DNA of 64,000 bases, from NCBI RefSeq assembly GCF_009914755.1, contig NC_060943.1. One strand, given 5' to 3'. The stretch's first letter is position 1, and the number at the start of each line of letters is the position of its first letter. The translations under genes and the position numbers were made by a program. This document shows positions 38,567 through 53,171 of this stretch, in pieces. The notes under the pieces were generated by a model. It ran no database searches. It was not told where the DNA came from and was given only the letters and a program-made list of their open reading frames with translations. Origin of the DNA: the human T2T-CHM13v2.0 reference genome, Homo sapiens.

Positions 38567-39720
38567 TTATCGACTATGAATTCTCTGATGTTTAATAAGG
38601 CTGGAGTTATGGCTAAAGGATTTCCCACATTCCGTGCACTCATAAGGCTTCTCCCCAGTGTGAACCCTCCTGTGCTTAATGAGGCCGGAATTTTGAGTAA
38701 AGGATTTCCCACATTCACTGCACTCATAGGGTCTTGATCCAGTGTGAACTCTCTGGTGTTTTCGGAGACTGGAGCTGTAGGGAAAGAACTTCCCACATTC
38801 ACTGCACTCATAAGGCCTCTCCCCAGTGTGAACTCCCCGATGTTGAAGGAGTGCAGACCTTTGGCTAAAGGATTTCCCACATTCGCTGCACTTATAAGGC
38901 CTTTCTCCAGTGTGAACCCTATGGTGTTCAATGAGGCTAGAGTTTTGGCTAAATGACTTCCCACATTCGCTGCACTCATAAGGCCTGGATCCACTGTGAA
39001 CTTTCTGGTGTTTTATGAGACTGGAATGATATGTAAAAAACTTCCCACATTCACTGCACTCATAAGGCCTCTCCCCAGTGTGAACTCCCCGATGTTGAAG
39101 GAGTGCAGACCTTTGGCTAAAGGATTTCCCACATTCACTGCACTCATATGGCCTTTCCCCAGTGTGAACTCTCCGATGTTTAATGAGGTTAGACTTGTTG
39201 CTAAATAATTTTCCACATTCATCACATTCATGAGGTCGTACTGCAGTGTGAACTCTCCGGTGCTGAATGAGACTAGAGCTTTGCCTAAAGGACTTCCCAC
39301 ACTCTCGACATTCATAAGGCTTTTCTCCAGTGTGAAGTCTCCAATGGTCATTGAGACTGTAGCTTTTGCTAAAGGATTTCCCACATTCACTGCATATGTA
39401 ACATCTTTCTGTAGTGAGGGTTCTCTGCTGCTGAACAAGTGTGTGTTTACCGCTGAATGCTTTTGTGTGTTCTCCACAGTTGTAATGAGTTTTTCCTCTG
39501 TGACTGATGGCCCCACCGTCGCTTTTGCTATTTGATTGCTCCCCAGTGTGAGCAGCCTGTTGATGGAGAAATCCCAACTTGGCCAGGAAGTCCTTCCCAA
39601 CTTCTCTGCAGGTGGAAGGCTCCCCTGACACATGGAATGTGCAGGTCTTCACAAACAAGGCTCTGCCCACATTGCTTCTGAAATGTTTTTCTCCAAGGTG
39701 CTGCTTCTGATGATGAACAT
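38567..39720 (-). CDS. ZNF154: ZNF154 final coding exon (10 C2H2 fingers)
   Basis: ttcattgcag|ATGTTCAT gives (D)[13 protein letters not shown]..., then 10 fingers, ending HQRIHSR-TAA. Spliced total is 33+127+1154 = 1314 nt = 437 aa. Confidence 0.93.
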
Positions 39721-41753
39721 CTGCAATGAAATACAATTATTTCCCACATGCCCCACCTCTATATAATTTCTGCCTATGATGTGTCCCCTAGGGCCCAGCC
39801 AAGAGCAAAATGTCTCTCAAGACCAGGCTACACGTCTCACAGTGGTGGGCCTTCTAGGGAGAAAGATCTGCCTTAGAAGTCCTGAGTTGGGTCACTCCTT
39901 CTAAAGAAATGCTCTTGTCAGAAGGTGCCTCCTCATCCACCACTCTATGCCAAAAACCTAAAAGCAAGAAATGCTAGTGAAGTGCACATTAACTATGGTG
40001 GGAGGGGGCAGCCCTTATACAAGTGTGTGTATGACAAACCCAGGAACAAGTCCATGGGATCGTTTGCATGACAGTAGAGTTGGGTTCAGTTGCAGATGAG
40101 GCTGTTTAGCAATTCTAGGATAAAGATTACAAGAATGGGCCGGGTGCGGTGGCTCACATCTGTAATCCCAGCACTTTGGGAGGCCAAGGTGGGTGGATCA
40201 CAAAGTCAGGAGTTTGAGACCAGCCTGGCCAATATGGTGAAACCCCGTCTCTACTAAAAATACAAAAATTAGCTGGACATGGTGGTGGGTGCCTGTAGTC
40301 CCAGGACTCAGGAGGCTGAGGCAGGAGAATCACTTGAACCCGGGAGGCGGAGGTTGCAGCGAGCCAAGATTGCACCACTGTACTCCAGCCTGGGTGACAG
40401 AAGGAGACTCCGTCTCAAAAAAAAAAAAAAAAAAAAAAGATTACAGGAATGTGGGAGATCTCAAGAGGTAAAGGCCACAACCATGAGGTATCACAAAGAG
40501 AGAGGCAGGGTCTAAAACTAAATCCTCTGCAAACAACTTTAGCAGAAGCTTATCTGCTGGCGACACATGAGTGCTATGTAGAATAGTATATGCAAGCCCA
40601 TGGAAATACGACTGCAATGCAGCAGCTGGCCTTCAAGGACTGTTTAAGAGTATGTGCAAGGACAGGCGCAGTGGCTCACACCTGTAATCCCAGCACTTTG
40701 GGAGGCCAAGGTGGGTGGATCACAAGGTCAGGAGTTCAAGACCAGCCTGGTCAAGATGGTGAAACCCCATCTCTAAAAAAATACAAAAATGAGCCAGGTG
40801 CAGTGGCATGCGCCTGTAATCACAGCTACTCAGGAGGCTGAGGCAGGAGAATTACTTGAACCTGGGAGGCAGAGGTTGCAGTAAGCCGAGATCATGCCAC
40901 TGCACTCCAGCCTGGGTGACAGAGTGAGACTCCGTCTCAAAAAAAAAGAGTATGTGCATACCTCATGACACACTATATAGAGGCTAACGTTAGAAAGAAC
41001 TGCAGGTGTAGCAGTGAGAAAAACAGATAAGATACGGAGTCCAGAGATGTGAGGATTAGCCCCAGGCTGGATGTTAAGAGCAGAAGTGACAAGTAGTAGA
41101 GCTGACTTGTCAGCAAAATGTCAAGAATGGTGAAGGGAAACCGGAAGTGAGCTGTGACCACTGGCATTGGCACCAAAATGCTCGCCAAACAGAACAGGTT
41201 GCTGCTCTGATACAGCATCTGGATAATGTAAGTACTAAGGGAAGAAAGAACAGAAGAGCAGCCTGCACTGTCCCACAAAAAACTCAGCACATGACAGCCC
41301 ACAGGAAAAACACACACACACACAAATACTACAAAGAAAATTTCAGAGGAATACTTTGTAAGAAGAGTCCATGGTCTACATAAGTAGTGACCATGTCAGT
41401 GACAATAACTCCTGGCATAGGCAGGCATAATGAAATGCCAGCTCGGGATGGAAGTAGTAGCTGGGGCACACAGGATCCTCAAATCTGGAAAAAGTCACCC
41501 AGACATGGAGGGGACAATCAAGGTGGGATCCACTAGGGTGACTGCAAGACTGCAGACTCTGAATCCTTCCCTGTGAGGCTGTGAGGAAACAGGTACTGGG
41601 GCTCCTCAAGGAGAGGAGAAGACAGTATGCACACCTTAGTCTTACCAATGACAGAACTATGCAGGGAACTGAGAAAGAAGCAGAGCCCATAGTCTTGTCA
41701 TGAGAAGGACAGACCTGCCTATAGAGAAAAGAGGAAGGGCACAGACTAGCTCA

Positions 41754-42053
<300 letters not shown>

Positions 42054-42339
42054 CTAAGCTGGGGGCCTGGCATGGAAGGATCCATACTATCCCATCATGA
42101 AATCCCCCTGAAATGTCCAAGGTCATCTAAGTCTCAATACCAGGGCCCTGCAGCTGTCACTTACTCCCTTTCCAGATGCACATCATTCTTCAGAATACAC
42201 ATCCCTCCTATCTCCAGACACCACAGCCCCAAGCCCAGGGCTGCCACCTCACTGCCCACACCATAGGCATCTCCCTGCTCTTACCTCCCATGTCACTGTT
42301 TTAATCTCTTCCTCTTTACCCCATTAGCGAAGGCAGGAT

Positions 42340-43060
42340 TGCCACACTAGGGTTATGGATATGGACAAACACACAATACCTGACACTAGAAAGACGATAC
42401 AGCAGTTGGGTATGGTGGCTCATGCCTGTAATCCCAGCACTTTGGGAGGCCAAGACGGGTGGATCACGAGGTCAGGAGTTCAAGACCAGCCTGACCAATA
42501 TGGCGAAACCCCATCTCTACTAAAAATACAAAAATTAGCCGGGCGTGGTGAAGCACACCTGTAATCCCAGCTACTCAGGAGGCTGAGGCAGGAGAATTGC
42601 TTGAACCCAGGAGGCGGAGGTTGCAGTGAGCCAAGATTGCGAAACTGCACTCCAGTCTGGGCGACAGAGCGAGACTCCGTCTCAAAAAAAAAAAAAAAAG
42701 AAAGATGATATAGCAGTTTATTAATCATATGTACATAGAACCTGGGAGATGAGGACAACATGTACCACACAGGGTCACATGGGGGTCTAGTCCAGAAAAA
42801 AAGTGAATAACCAAAAACTGTGGGATGCAAGCACTTTGAGAACAAAAGGATCAACTGCCCCCTGGTTCCCACAATGGGCTTGTTTGGAAAACTCCATGAC
42901 CTGGTAGGGAGCTGAAATCTGCTACAAAGTGATAGGCAGAAATTGTGCCTGGTCTCCTTGATTAAAAGGGTTGTCTGTTTGGGAGAAGAGTAGGGAGGGA
43001 AACTTGTACTCAGGCCATTTGATGCCACCCTGATTTCACCAGATGTCATACTGGGCCTTA
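42340..43060 (-). mobile_element. Old ERVL-class LTR (MER54/MER74-like) with an inserted Alu
   Basis: LTR-like text with a minus-strand AATAAA (tttatt ~42717). The Alu at ~42408-42700 is flanked by AGAAAGA(C/T)GATA(C/T)AGCAGTT. Confidence 0.45.
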
Positions 43061-43846
43061 ATTTTAGACTTTACACCATAACTTAGCACACAGCGTCCAG
43101 AGTATGCTCGACAGATTCAAACGGATCTAATACTACCCTAGATCTCCCAGGGCATCCACTAGTGGTAGCAGCCCCAAATCCTATGAGGGCTCCCTGGCTG
43201 GCTCCATTCTTTGCCTCAGATTTAGGCCACACAGAACCACATGTGCATCTCAGATACCCATGGCCCTATTCCACTTCCGTGCTGCACTTGCTAGCCCCTC
43301 AGCAGTAACAACCTTCCTCTGTCCACTTAACACTCAAAGACTAGCTCCACTGATCACCTACCCCAGGCCAAGTGACTGTCACAGATGACCACATTGGCAC
43401 CTGGCCTTATCCTCCAGGTTGAATAAACACCCTAGGCCCCATCAAAGTCATCAAAAAATCCTGGTGATTCCACAGAGTGCTGAATAAGCACAAAGGAAAA
43501 AAAGGACAGCCATTTGCCTCAAATACACCTATGCCTCTGCATCCACCTTATATCCACTCTTCCCTTGAAAGTGTATGCCACCTGCCCAACTATCCTCTCC
43601 AAACACCCTACCTCCATAGCCACTAACCTCCCTTACCTCTGTTTAGAAAGCCCAAGAATATCACCCACTTATCCAACCAAAAGGCTTGGTCCTTAGCCCC
43701 CATTCTGCCCTTCCTGGCCAAATAACCTGTACCACCATGCCTAAAGATTAACCCTTGTAGGCCGGATGCGGTGGCTTACGCCTGTAATCCCAGAACTCTG
43801 GGTGGCTGAGGCGGGTGGATCACCTGAGGTTGGGAGTTCAAGACTA

Positions 43847-44096
<250 letters not shown>

Positions 44097-44129
44097 TCAC
44101 CTTAGTCCACACAATGACCACCACATTTT

Positions 44130-44700
44130 GGATGTCTCCATTCTGAAGCACTCCCCAGATTTCCAGACCTGGGTGTTCAGCCACCTACTTAATGCCTACT
44201 TAATGTCTCTGAAACATCTCAAACTCTTACATGACCAAATAAAGCTCCTGTTGTCTCCAGTGAATATTACTGTTAATACCAACTTCTCCATCTCAGTTGA
44301 AGAACCATGGGGTCATCGCTGAATCCTGTTTCACTCCCTCGCTGTCTACATCAGAAAATTTAGTTGCTCCCTTTAAAAATTTGCATCCAGAATGCAACAC
44401 ATCTCCTAATCAATGACTCTGGTCCATTACCCTGGACTGGCTGTAGCTTCCACTCTGATCTTCTTTCCTCTTCCCTCAACCCCACAGTCTGCTCTCCACG
44501 CTAACGGGATGGACCCTGTTAGGACTTTGGTAAGATCACCTCCCTCTTGTAACCCAAATCTCTCATTACCTCCAGAATAGGTACCCAACTTCTCAGGCAG
44601 CCACTGCAGTCCTGACTCCTTCCCCCTGCTCTTTGTTCCCAGCTAAAAGGAAACAGATCTATGGTTTCCTCAAAAATCTCAGCTTAGTTTTACTAAGCAC
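44130..44700 (+). mobile_element. L2 remnant in ZNF154 intron 1
   Basis: gaaacatctcaaactc...catcgctgaatcctgtttcactccctc...ccctttaaaaatttgcatccagaatgcaacacatctcc. Confidence 0.65.
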
Positions 44701-45333
44701 TTGCGCCTCCTGATACCAGTGCCAGAGATAACCTTTCACAAGTTTCCACTGGCTGACAAAAATGGGAACACCTCAGTATAACCCCTGTAACCTCTGGCAT
44801 GGACTTAAGAGCCCTGGGCTTGGAATTTCTCCAGGGCACCAGACCCAGGATTGGGGTAACAGCACTTAAGAATACTAGGAAACCACAATCCCAAGAACAT
44901 GGGGGTAGAGGCTACTGAGGGACCGAACACTCTCCACTTCCCTATGTGAGTTCCATACGCCCTTCTACAACTGGGAGAACCAGGGAAAGAGGAATGCATC
45001 CCTGGTGAGGCTAGATGAGCTCAAGCCTCCCTGTAGCCCTGCCTGGCCCTGAACTCAGGCTGGCTGTTTTACTTTCTGGTCTCAGTGCTGTCACCTCTTG
45101 CCAACTGTAGGGCAATGAAAAAAAGATGTAGCCTCCCACTATCTCAATGTCCTCATCGCCCCATCGCTGCTCTTCCTGTGAACAGTCTTTGGAAAAGTTT
45201 TTAAACCCTAACATAGGGCGGGCACGGTGGCTCACGCCTGTAATCCCAGCACTTTGGGAGGCCGAGGCAGGAGGATCACTTGTCAGGAGTTCCAGACCAG
45301 TCTGGCCAAAATGGTGAAATCCCGTCTCTACTA

Positions 45334-45501
<168 letters not shown>

Positions 45502-45639
45502 TCAAAGAAAAAAAAACTAACATAAATGGCGTCCCTCCTTTGTTCAGAACTCTCCGTGGCTTCTAGCATCCTCACAATGACAGTACAACCCTAGGAGTAA
45601 CTCCGCCTCATATTCTTCGTTCCCTGCAGAAAACAGCTT

Positions 45640-46340
45640 TCCGAATTCTCCTGGCTCAGTCGCGCCTCAACCTTTGCACGCGCCGGTTCCTCCGCCTGTC
45701 ACGCTCTCCCACACCTCGTCACACGCAGTGTCAAAAAAAGGGCCCCACCCACGAACGCCTCAGTGTCCCCGACCCTGGGCAGCGGGGACTCGAGCAGGCG
45801 CCCCTCACTGATGGCTTTAGAACGTGGGTGGGGGAAGGTGTGTGAGGACGGGAAGACGCCGCACTCACCTGAGTTGGCGTCCTCAGAGTGGCCGCTGCCA
45901 TCAGACTCTGCGGGTAGAGCTGGGCCGGGAGCGACGGGCGACATTGGTAGGGACCCGGGGACAGCGGTCCCTATCCCAGGCCTGACGTGGGTCCCCCAGG
46001 GCGGCGTCGCCAAGGCTTAGACGCTTTCGTGCAGGAGGGACGACGACTCCCCTCACGCCTTCGTGGCCCCAACTCGGCGCTCTGCTATCTCTGATCCGGT
46101 GAACACACCTCAGAGAAGCTAAAATGGCCGCCACGAAGAGGCCCCCCCAAAAGTCCCGTCCTTTCTTTTTGTGACTCTCAAGGAAAGTCGGTTTTCTGAG
46201 CTCTTACTGGCTTAGTAGCGTGGCGTTCAACGCAGAGCATTCTAGGTAATGTAGTTTTCATAGATCCCGAGGTGGGTGCCGGGGACCCTTTGCACCAACC
46301 TCTTGGAGTAAAAGCGAAGCTCCAGGGCGCTGGGCGATGA
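45640..46340 (-). promoter_or_regulatory. ZNF154 CpG-island promoter
   Basis: CpG-dense. Minus-strand SBS ACTACATTACCTAGAATGC (46237-46255) and YY1-type AAAATGGCCGCC (46121-46132). This island is known in the literature as a pan-cancer hypermethylation marker. Confidence 0.85.
45869..45901 (-). CDS. ZNF154: ZNF154 coding exon 1
   Basis: ATG GCA GCG GCC ACT CTG AGG ACG CCA ACT CAG|gtgagt gives MAAATLRTPTQ. Confidence 0.93.
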
Positions 46341-47893
46341 GAAATGGCTTATCCAAGTCCTAGGGCAGTGGAGGGACTTCGCCCTTTCTTAAATGGGTCG
46401 TAATCAGACAGCATATTAGAGGTGCCATCTGCAACTGATCACCCAAGTGTTTGGGGAATATTATTTCAAACTTCATAAAGTTCAGCAGGCTCCCAGAGGC
46501 TAAAATTATTATCAGACGCTCCCTAAGGCTGCCAATCCAAATATGTACATCATTCCATAGAGCCATTCAGACACGAAATATATCCACTAGTAGGGAAGCT
46601 AATAAACATTACCATATAAGTTTATTCCTTTTTTTTTTTTTTTAAGACAAAGTTTCCCTCTGTCCCCCAGGCTGGAGTGCAGCGGCGCCATCTGGGATCA
46701 CTGCAACCTCCGCCTCCCGGGTTAATCGATTCTCGTGCCTCAACCTTCCAAGTAGCTGGGACTATAGGCGCGCGCCACCACGCCAGGCTAATTTTTTGTA
46801 TTTTCAGTAGAGACAGGGTTTCACTATGGTGGTCCCAAATTCCTGGCCCCAGGTGATCTGCCCGCCTCGGCCTCTCAAAGTGCTGGGATTACAGGCGTAA
46901 GCCACCGTACCCAGCCTCTATCATATTACATTTCAAATGTATGCACTCCGAAGCATTGAAGTCAGTCTGTGCACTTTTGGTCAGGGACAGGTGAAAAACT
47001 ACTTCAGATAGTGGCATGATAGTGCTTCTAGAAGATAGAAGAGAAATGTTAGATCACCTTGAAACAGTAGTACAAAGGTAGAATTCTGTCTGATTCCAAC
47101 AGAAAACATCTTTTGCCTGCATAGTCAATTATTGTGTCCAATTACTGTGTCCAGTCAATAACTGTGTCCAATTCACTGAGCAACGCTTTTATCCATTTCA
47201 TAATTCTTACTTGATATCTGAGATATATTCCTTCTAGAAGTCTAACATCAATCTCAAAAAACAATGAAAGAAATGCTACTTTGATAAGAGACAAAGGGGA
47301 GAGGTGGGACTTCTTAATCAGAAAGCCGGTGAAATGCACTTGAAGGAAGTGAGAAATGAGCCATGTGGGTATTTTTAGAATAAATTCCAGGCAGAAGAAG
47401 CAGGTTACTAGAGTGCCTGGATGGATGGAGACTTCACAGGGCATTTCAGCATTGGAGGGCCTAGGGCTCCAACCCAGCAGGCCTTCATCTGCTTTGCTGG
47501 CTGCAGAGACACTCAGGGTATATAGGTGAGAAATCTCTTCTTTTTTTTTTTCTTTTTTTTTGAGATGGAGTTTCACTCTTATTGCCCAGGCTGGAGTGCA
47601 ATGACGCAGTCTTGTTTCACTGCAACCTCTCCACCTCCTGGGTTCAAGCGATTATCTTGCCTCAGCCTCCCAAGTAGCTGGGACTACAGGCGCACGCCAT
47701 GACACCCAGCTAATTTTTGTATTTTTAGAAGAGACGGGGTTTCACCATGTTGGCCAGGCTGGTCTCGAACCACTGACCTCAGGTGATCCACGCATCTCGG
47801 CTTCCCAAAGTGCTGGGATTACAGGCATGAGCCACCGAGCCTGGCCGAGAAATCTCTGCTGCTTTGTTATAAAGTTTTGGAGCCGCAAAATAA

Positions 47894-48109
<216 letters not shown>

Positions 48110-48524
48110 TAGCTAATTTTTTGTATTTTTAGTAGAGACAGGGTTTCACCATCTTGGCCAGGCTAGTCTTGAACTCCTGACCTCATGATCCACCCACCTC
48201 GGCCTCTCGAGGTGCTGAAATTACAGGCGTGAGCCACTGCGTCCGGCCCCAACACTTATTTTAATGTTCAGATTCTCCCAGATGTTTGGACAGTGGGAAC
48301 TCATTAAAGCTGTGCTCTCTGCTTTTTTATGTCAATATTATTGATAATTTCATTACTTTCTAATCCAAAAATATTTTCAGGCTCATGTTGTACCCTTGCT
48401 ATCCCAGCCCCAGAATCAGCCTCTTTTTCAAGGAGCTCTGGTTTTCTTCAATAGATAACAATGCTTGTAAATATTAGTAAGCATTAGCTGTGCTCTTTTC
48501 TACTGGTAAATCATTGATTATTAG

Positions 48525-48776
<252 letters not shown>

Positions 48777-49798
48777 TAGCCAGGATGGTCTCGATCTCCT
48801 GACCTCGTGATCCGCCCGCCTCGGCTTCCCAAAGTGCTGGGATTACAGGCGTGAGCCACCGTGCCCGGCCACTTGCACACATTTCTATACAAATTTATTT
48901 CTACATCTATATTTACATCTGCAAAGACTTGAAAAATTCAGATATTTGAAATGACTCATGGGACTGAAAGCACTCTCTCATAAGGCTTTTATTTAAATAT
49001 AAAGCATACAGTACAGCTAGAGAAAGACAGAACAGGCATCAGGGCTCAGAAAGATCTGGACCCATGACCCTCAGGATTCTTATTCACAAGTGGACATGCT
49101 TCATCTCTGGACTGTGCCACTAATATATATGGGATGGAGCTTGATTTCAGAAGAATTAATAACAGAAATTTCCAATAGGGACTTTTATGTCCCTCTGGCT
49201 GCATGACCCAAGCCAACCTAGCCATTTATGCCAGGTAAAAGCCAGCTGTAAAGACACGAAAAAATTTCAGAGTTTAAGCAGCACATTGTAACTCCCACTG
49301 CCTTTCTTTGCTAAAAGTCAAACTAGGTATCCAGATGTCCCCAGAGATAAGCATAAAATTGTCCTATTCCAGCTATAAAGTGTTATCTGTTCTCCACAGT
49401 CATCCCTTTGTTGGCTGGGTATTTTTAATTACAAATCACTCCTTCTTAATATTACCCTACATCATTTTCACTATTTATAGAACAGAACAAGCAAAAAGGG
49501 CAGCTGTCAAAATACTTTGTGTGCATTATTTGAGAAGTGGGTATTGCTTCAAAATATTTCAGAAAATGAAATAGCCCAGCACAAAGGTTCATAATCATGC
49601 ACAAGATTGGCTACTATTTTACCTCCTTCCATCATCAACTTTAATAACAGTATCAATAGACTCATTCAATTCAAAGTTAATTCTAGTTCCTCTCCTAGCC
49701 AATATTTTCCACGGATAGAACATCTTGTGGTTGTTTTAATTCAATTTCTCACTTCATTTTATAATCTGTATCAGTCTTATCATAAGCTTTGTTTGAAA

Positions 49799-50222
49799 TG
49801 TGTTAGTCAATTTGTGATGCCATAAAGGAATATCTGAGATTGGGTAATTTATTTAAAAAAAAAAAAGAGGGAGATGTATTTGGCTCACAGTTCTGCAGAC
49901 AGTACATGAAGGAAAGTGCCAGTATCTGCTTTTGGTGAGGGCCTCAGGAAGCTTACAATTTTGGCAAAAAGTGAAGGAGAGCCAGCGTGTCACATGGTGA
50001 GGGAGGGAGCAAGAGAGGTAGGCAGGAGGGGCCAGGCTTTTCTAAACAACCAGATCTTGCATGAACTCAGTGAGAACTCACTCACTACCATGAGGACAGC
50101 ACCAACCCATTCATGAGGGATCCACCCCCATGACCCAAAGACCTCTGACTAGGCCCACCTCCAACGTTGAAGGTCACATTTCAACATGAGATTTGCAAGG
50201 AACTTACATCCAAACCATATCA
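49799..50222 (-). mobile_element. MST-family MaLR solo LTR (MSTB-like)
   Basis: tgtgttagtc...ataaaggaatatctgagattgggtaatttat...ggtgagggcctcaggaagcttacaat...catttcaacatgagatttg...catccaaaccatatca. Confidence 0.85.
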
Positions 50223-50298
50223 GAACACATCAAATTAATTTTACCAGATATACCAGTATTACACCAAATAGCAGATAACATTATGAGTCTGATCATGA

Positions 50299-50586
<288 letters not shown>

Positions 50587-50728
50587 TGACTCTCGTTTTG
50601 TCACCCAGGCTGGAGTACAGTGGCACGATCTCAACTCACTGCAACCTCTGCCTCCTGCGTTCAAGTGATTCTCTTGCCTCCACCTTGAGTAGCTGGGATT
50701 ACAGGCACCCACCACCATGTCTGGCTAA

Positions 50729-51510
<782 letters not shown>

Positions 51511-51893
51511 ACTTGAGTGAGCTTAGCTGATTCTAAAGATTCCATCTAGCATGCTCAATTAACACAGGACTAAAAGCAGATTTACATGGCATCCTATCAA
51601 TTCCAATAATGCCTTGTGGTAATGGTGAAGCAAAAATCATACATAATTTCTGTCCATAAATGCCTCTATAGACCATATTTCTCCAGCTGCAAGCCTTCTC
51701 TAGCTGTATCACTATGTTCGTGTAATTGTATTTCCTTTTAAGTTTACATTAGCTAACTAAGTTATAGCGACATCGATCATCAATTGTAGTAAAGTTTTCT
51801 CACTGCCTGCAGACCATTTACTTCATTCCAATGAAAGTGAACTTGAAGTCCCAGCTAGAGGTCATGAGACCCTAACAAGGTCATGAGATCCAT

Positions 51894-52744
<851 letters not shown>

Positions 52745-53066
52745 TCATCATTCAGTCATAATACTCCCCATTTCTCTCCCTGGTTATAATCAGAGCAGGC
52801 TCTGAAGAGATTATACTTGTCACCTTTTTATAATTTTGACATTTTGAAAAATTATCAAGACTAGGGTGAATTAATTAGTTCCAGATCTTTCAGTAGACCA
52901 GTTATTTTTACAGGGATTCAATATTTTTAGTAACTACTCCATCTTCCTTTCTTGTTTAAGGTCATTTTTGATCAACCATCTAAACATTTTTATCCAATTC
53001 TGTTTTCCTGAGGTTTCTTCCATCTCTTTTTATTTATTTATGTATGTATTTATTTATTTATTTTGA

Positions 53067-53171
<105 letters not shown>

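Noticed and set aside
50120-50150. DUX4 site in the MST LTR
   Set aside because: The corresponding position reads TGACCCAAAGA and lacks the AATCA half-site.
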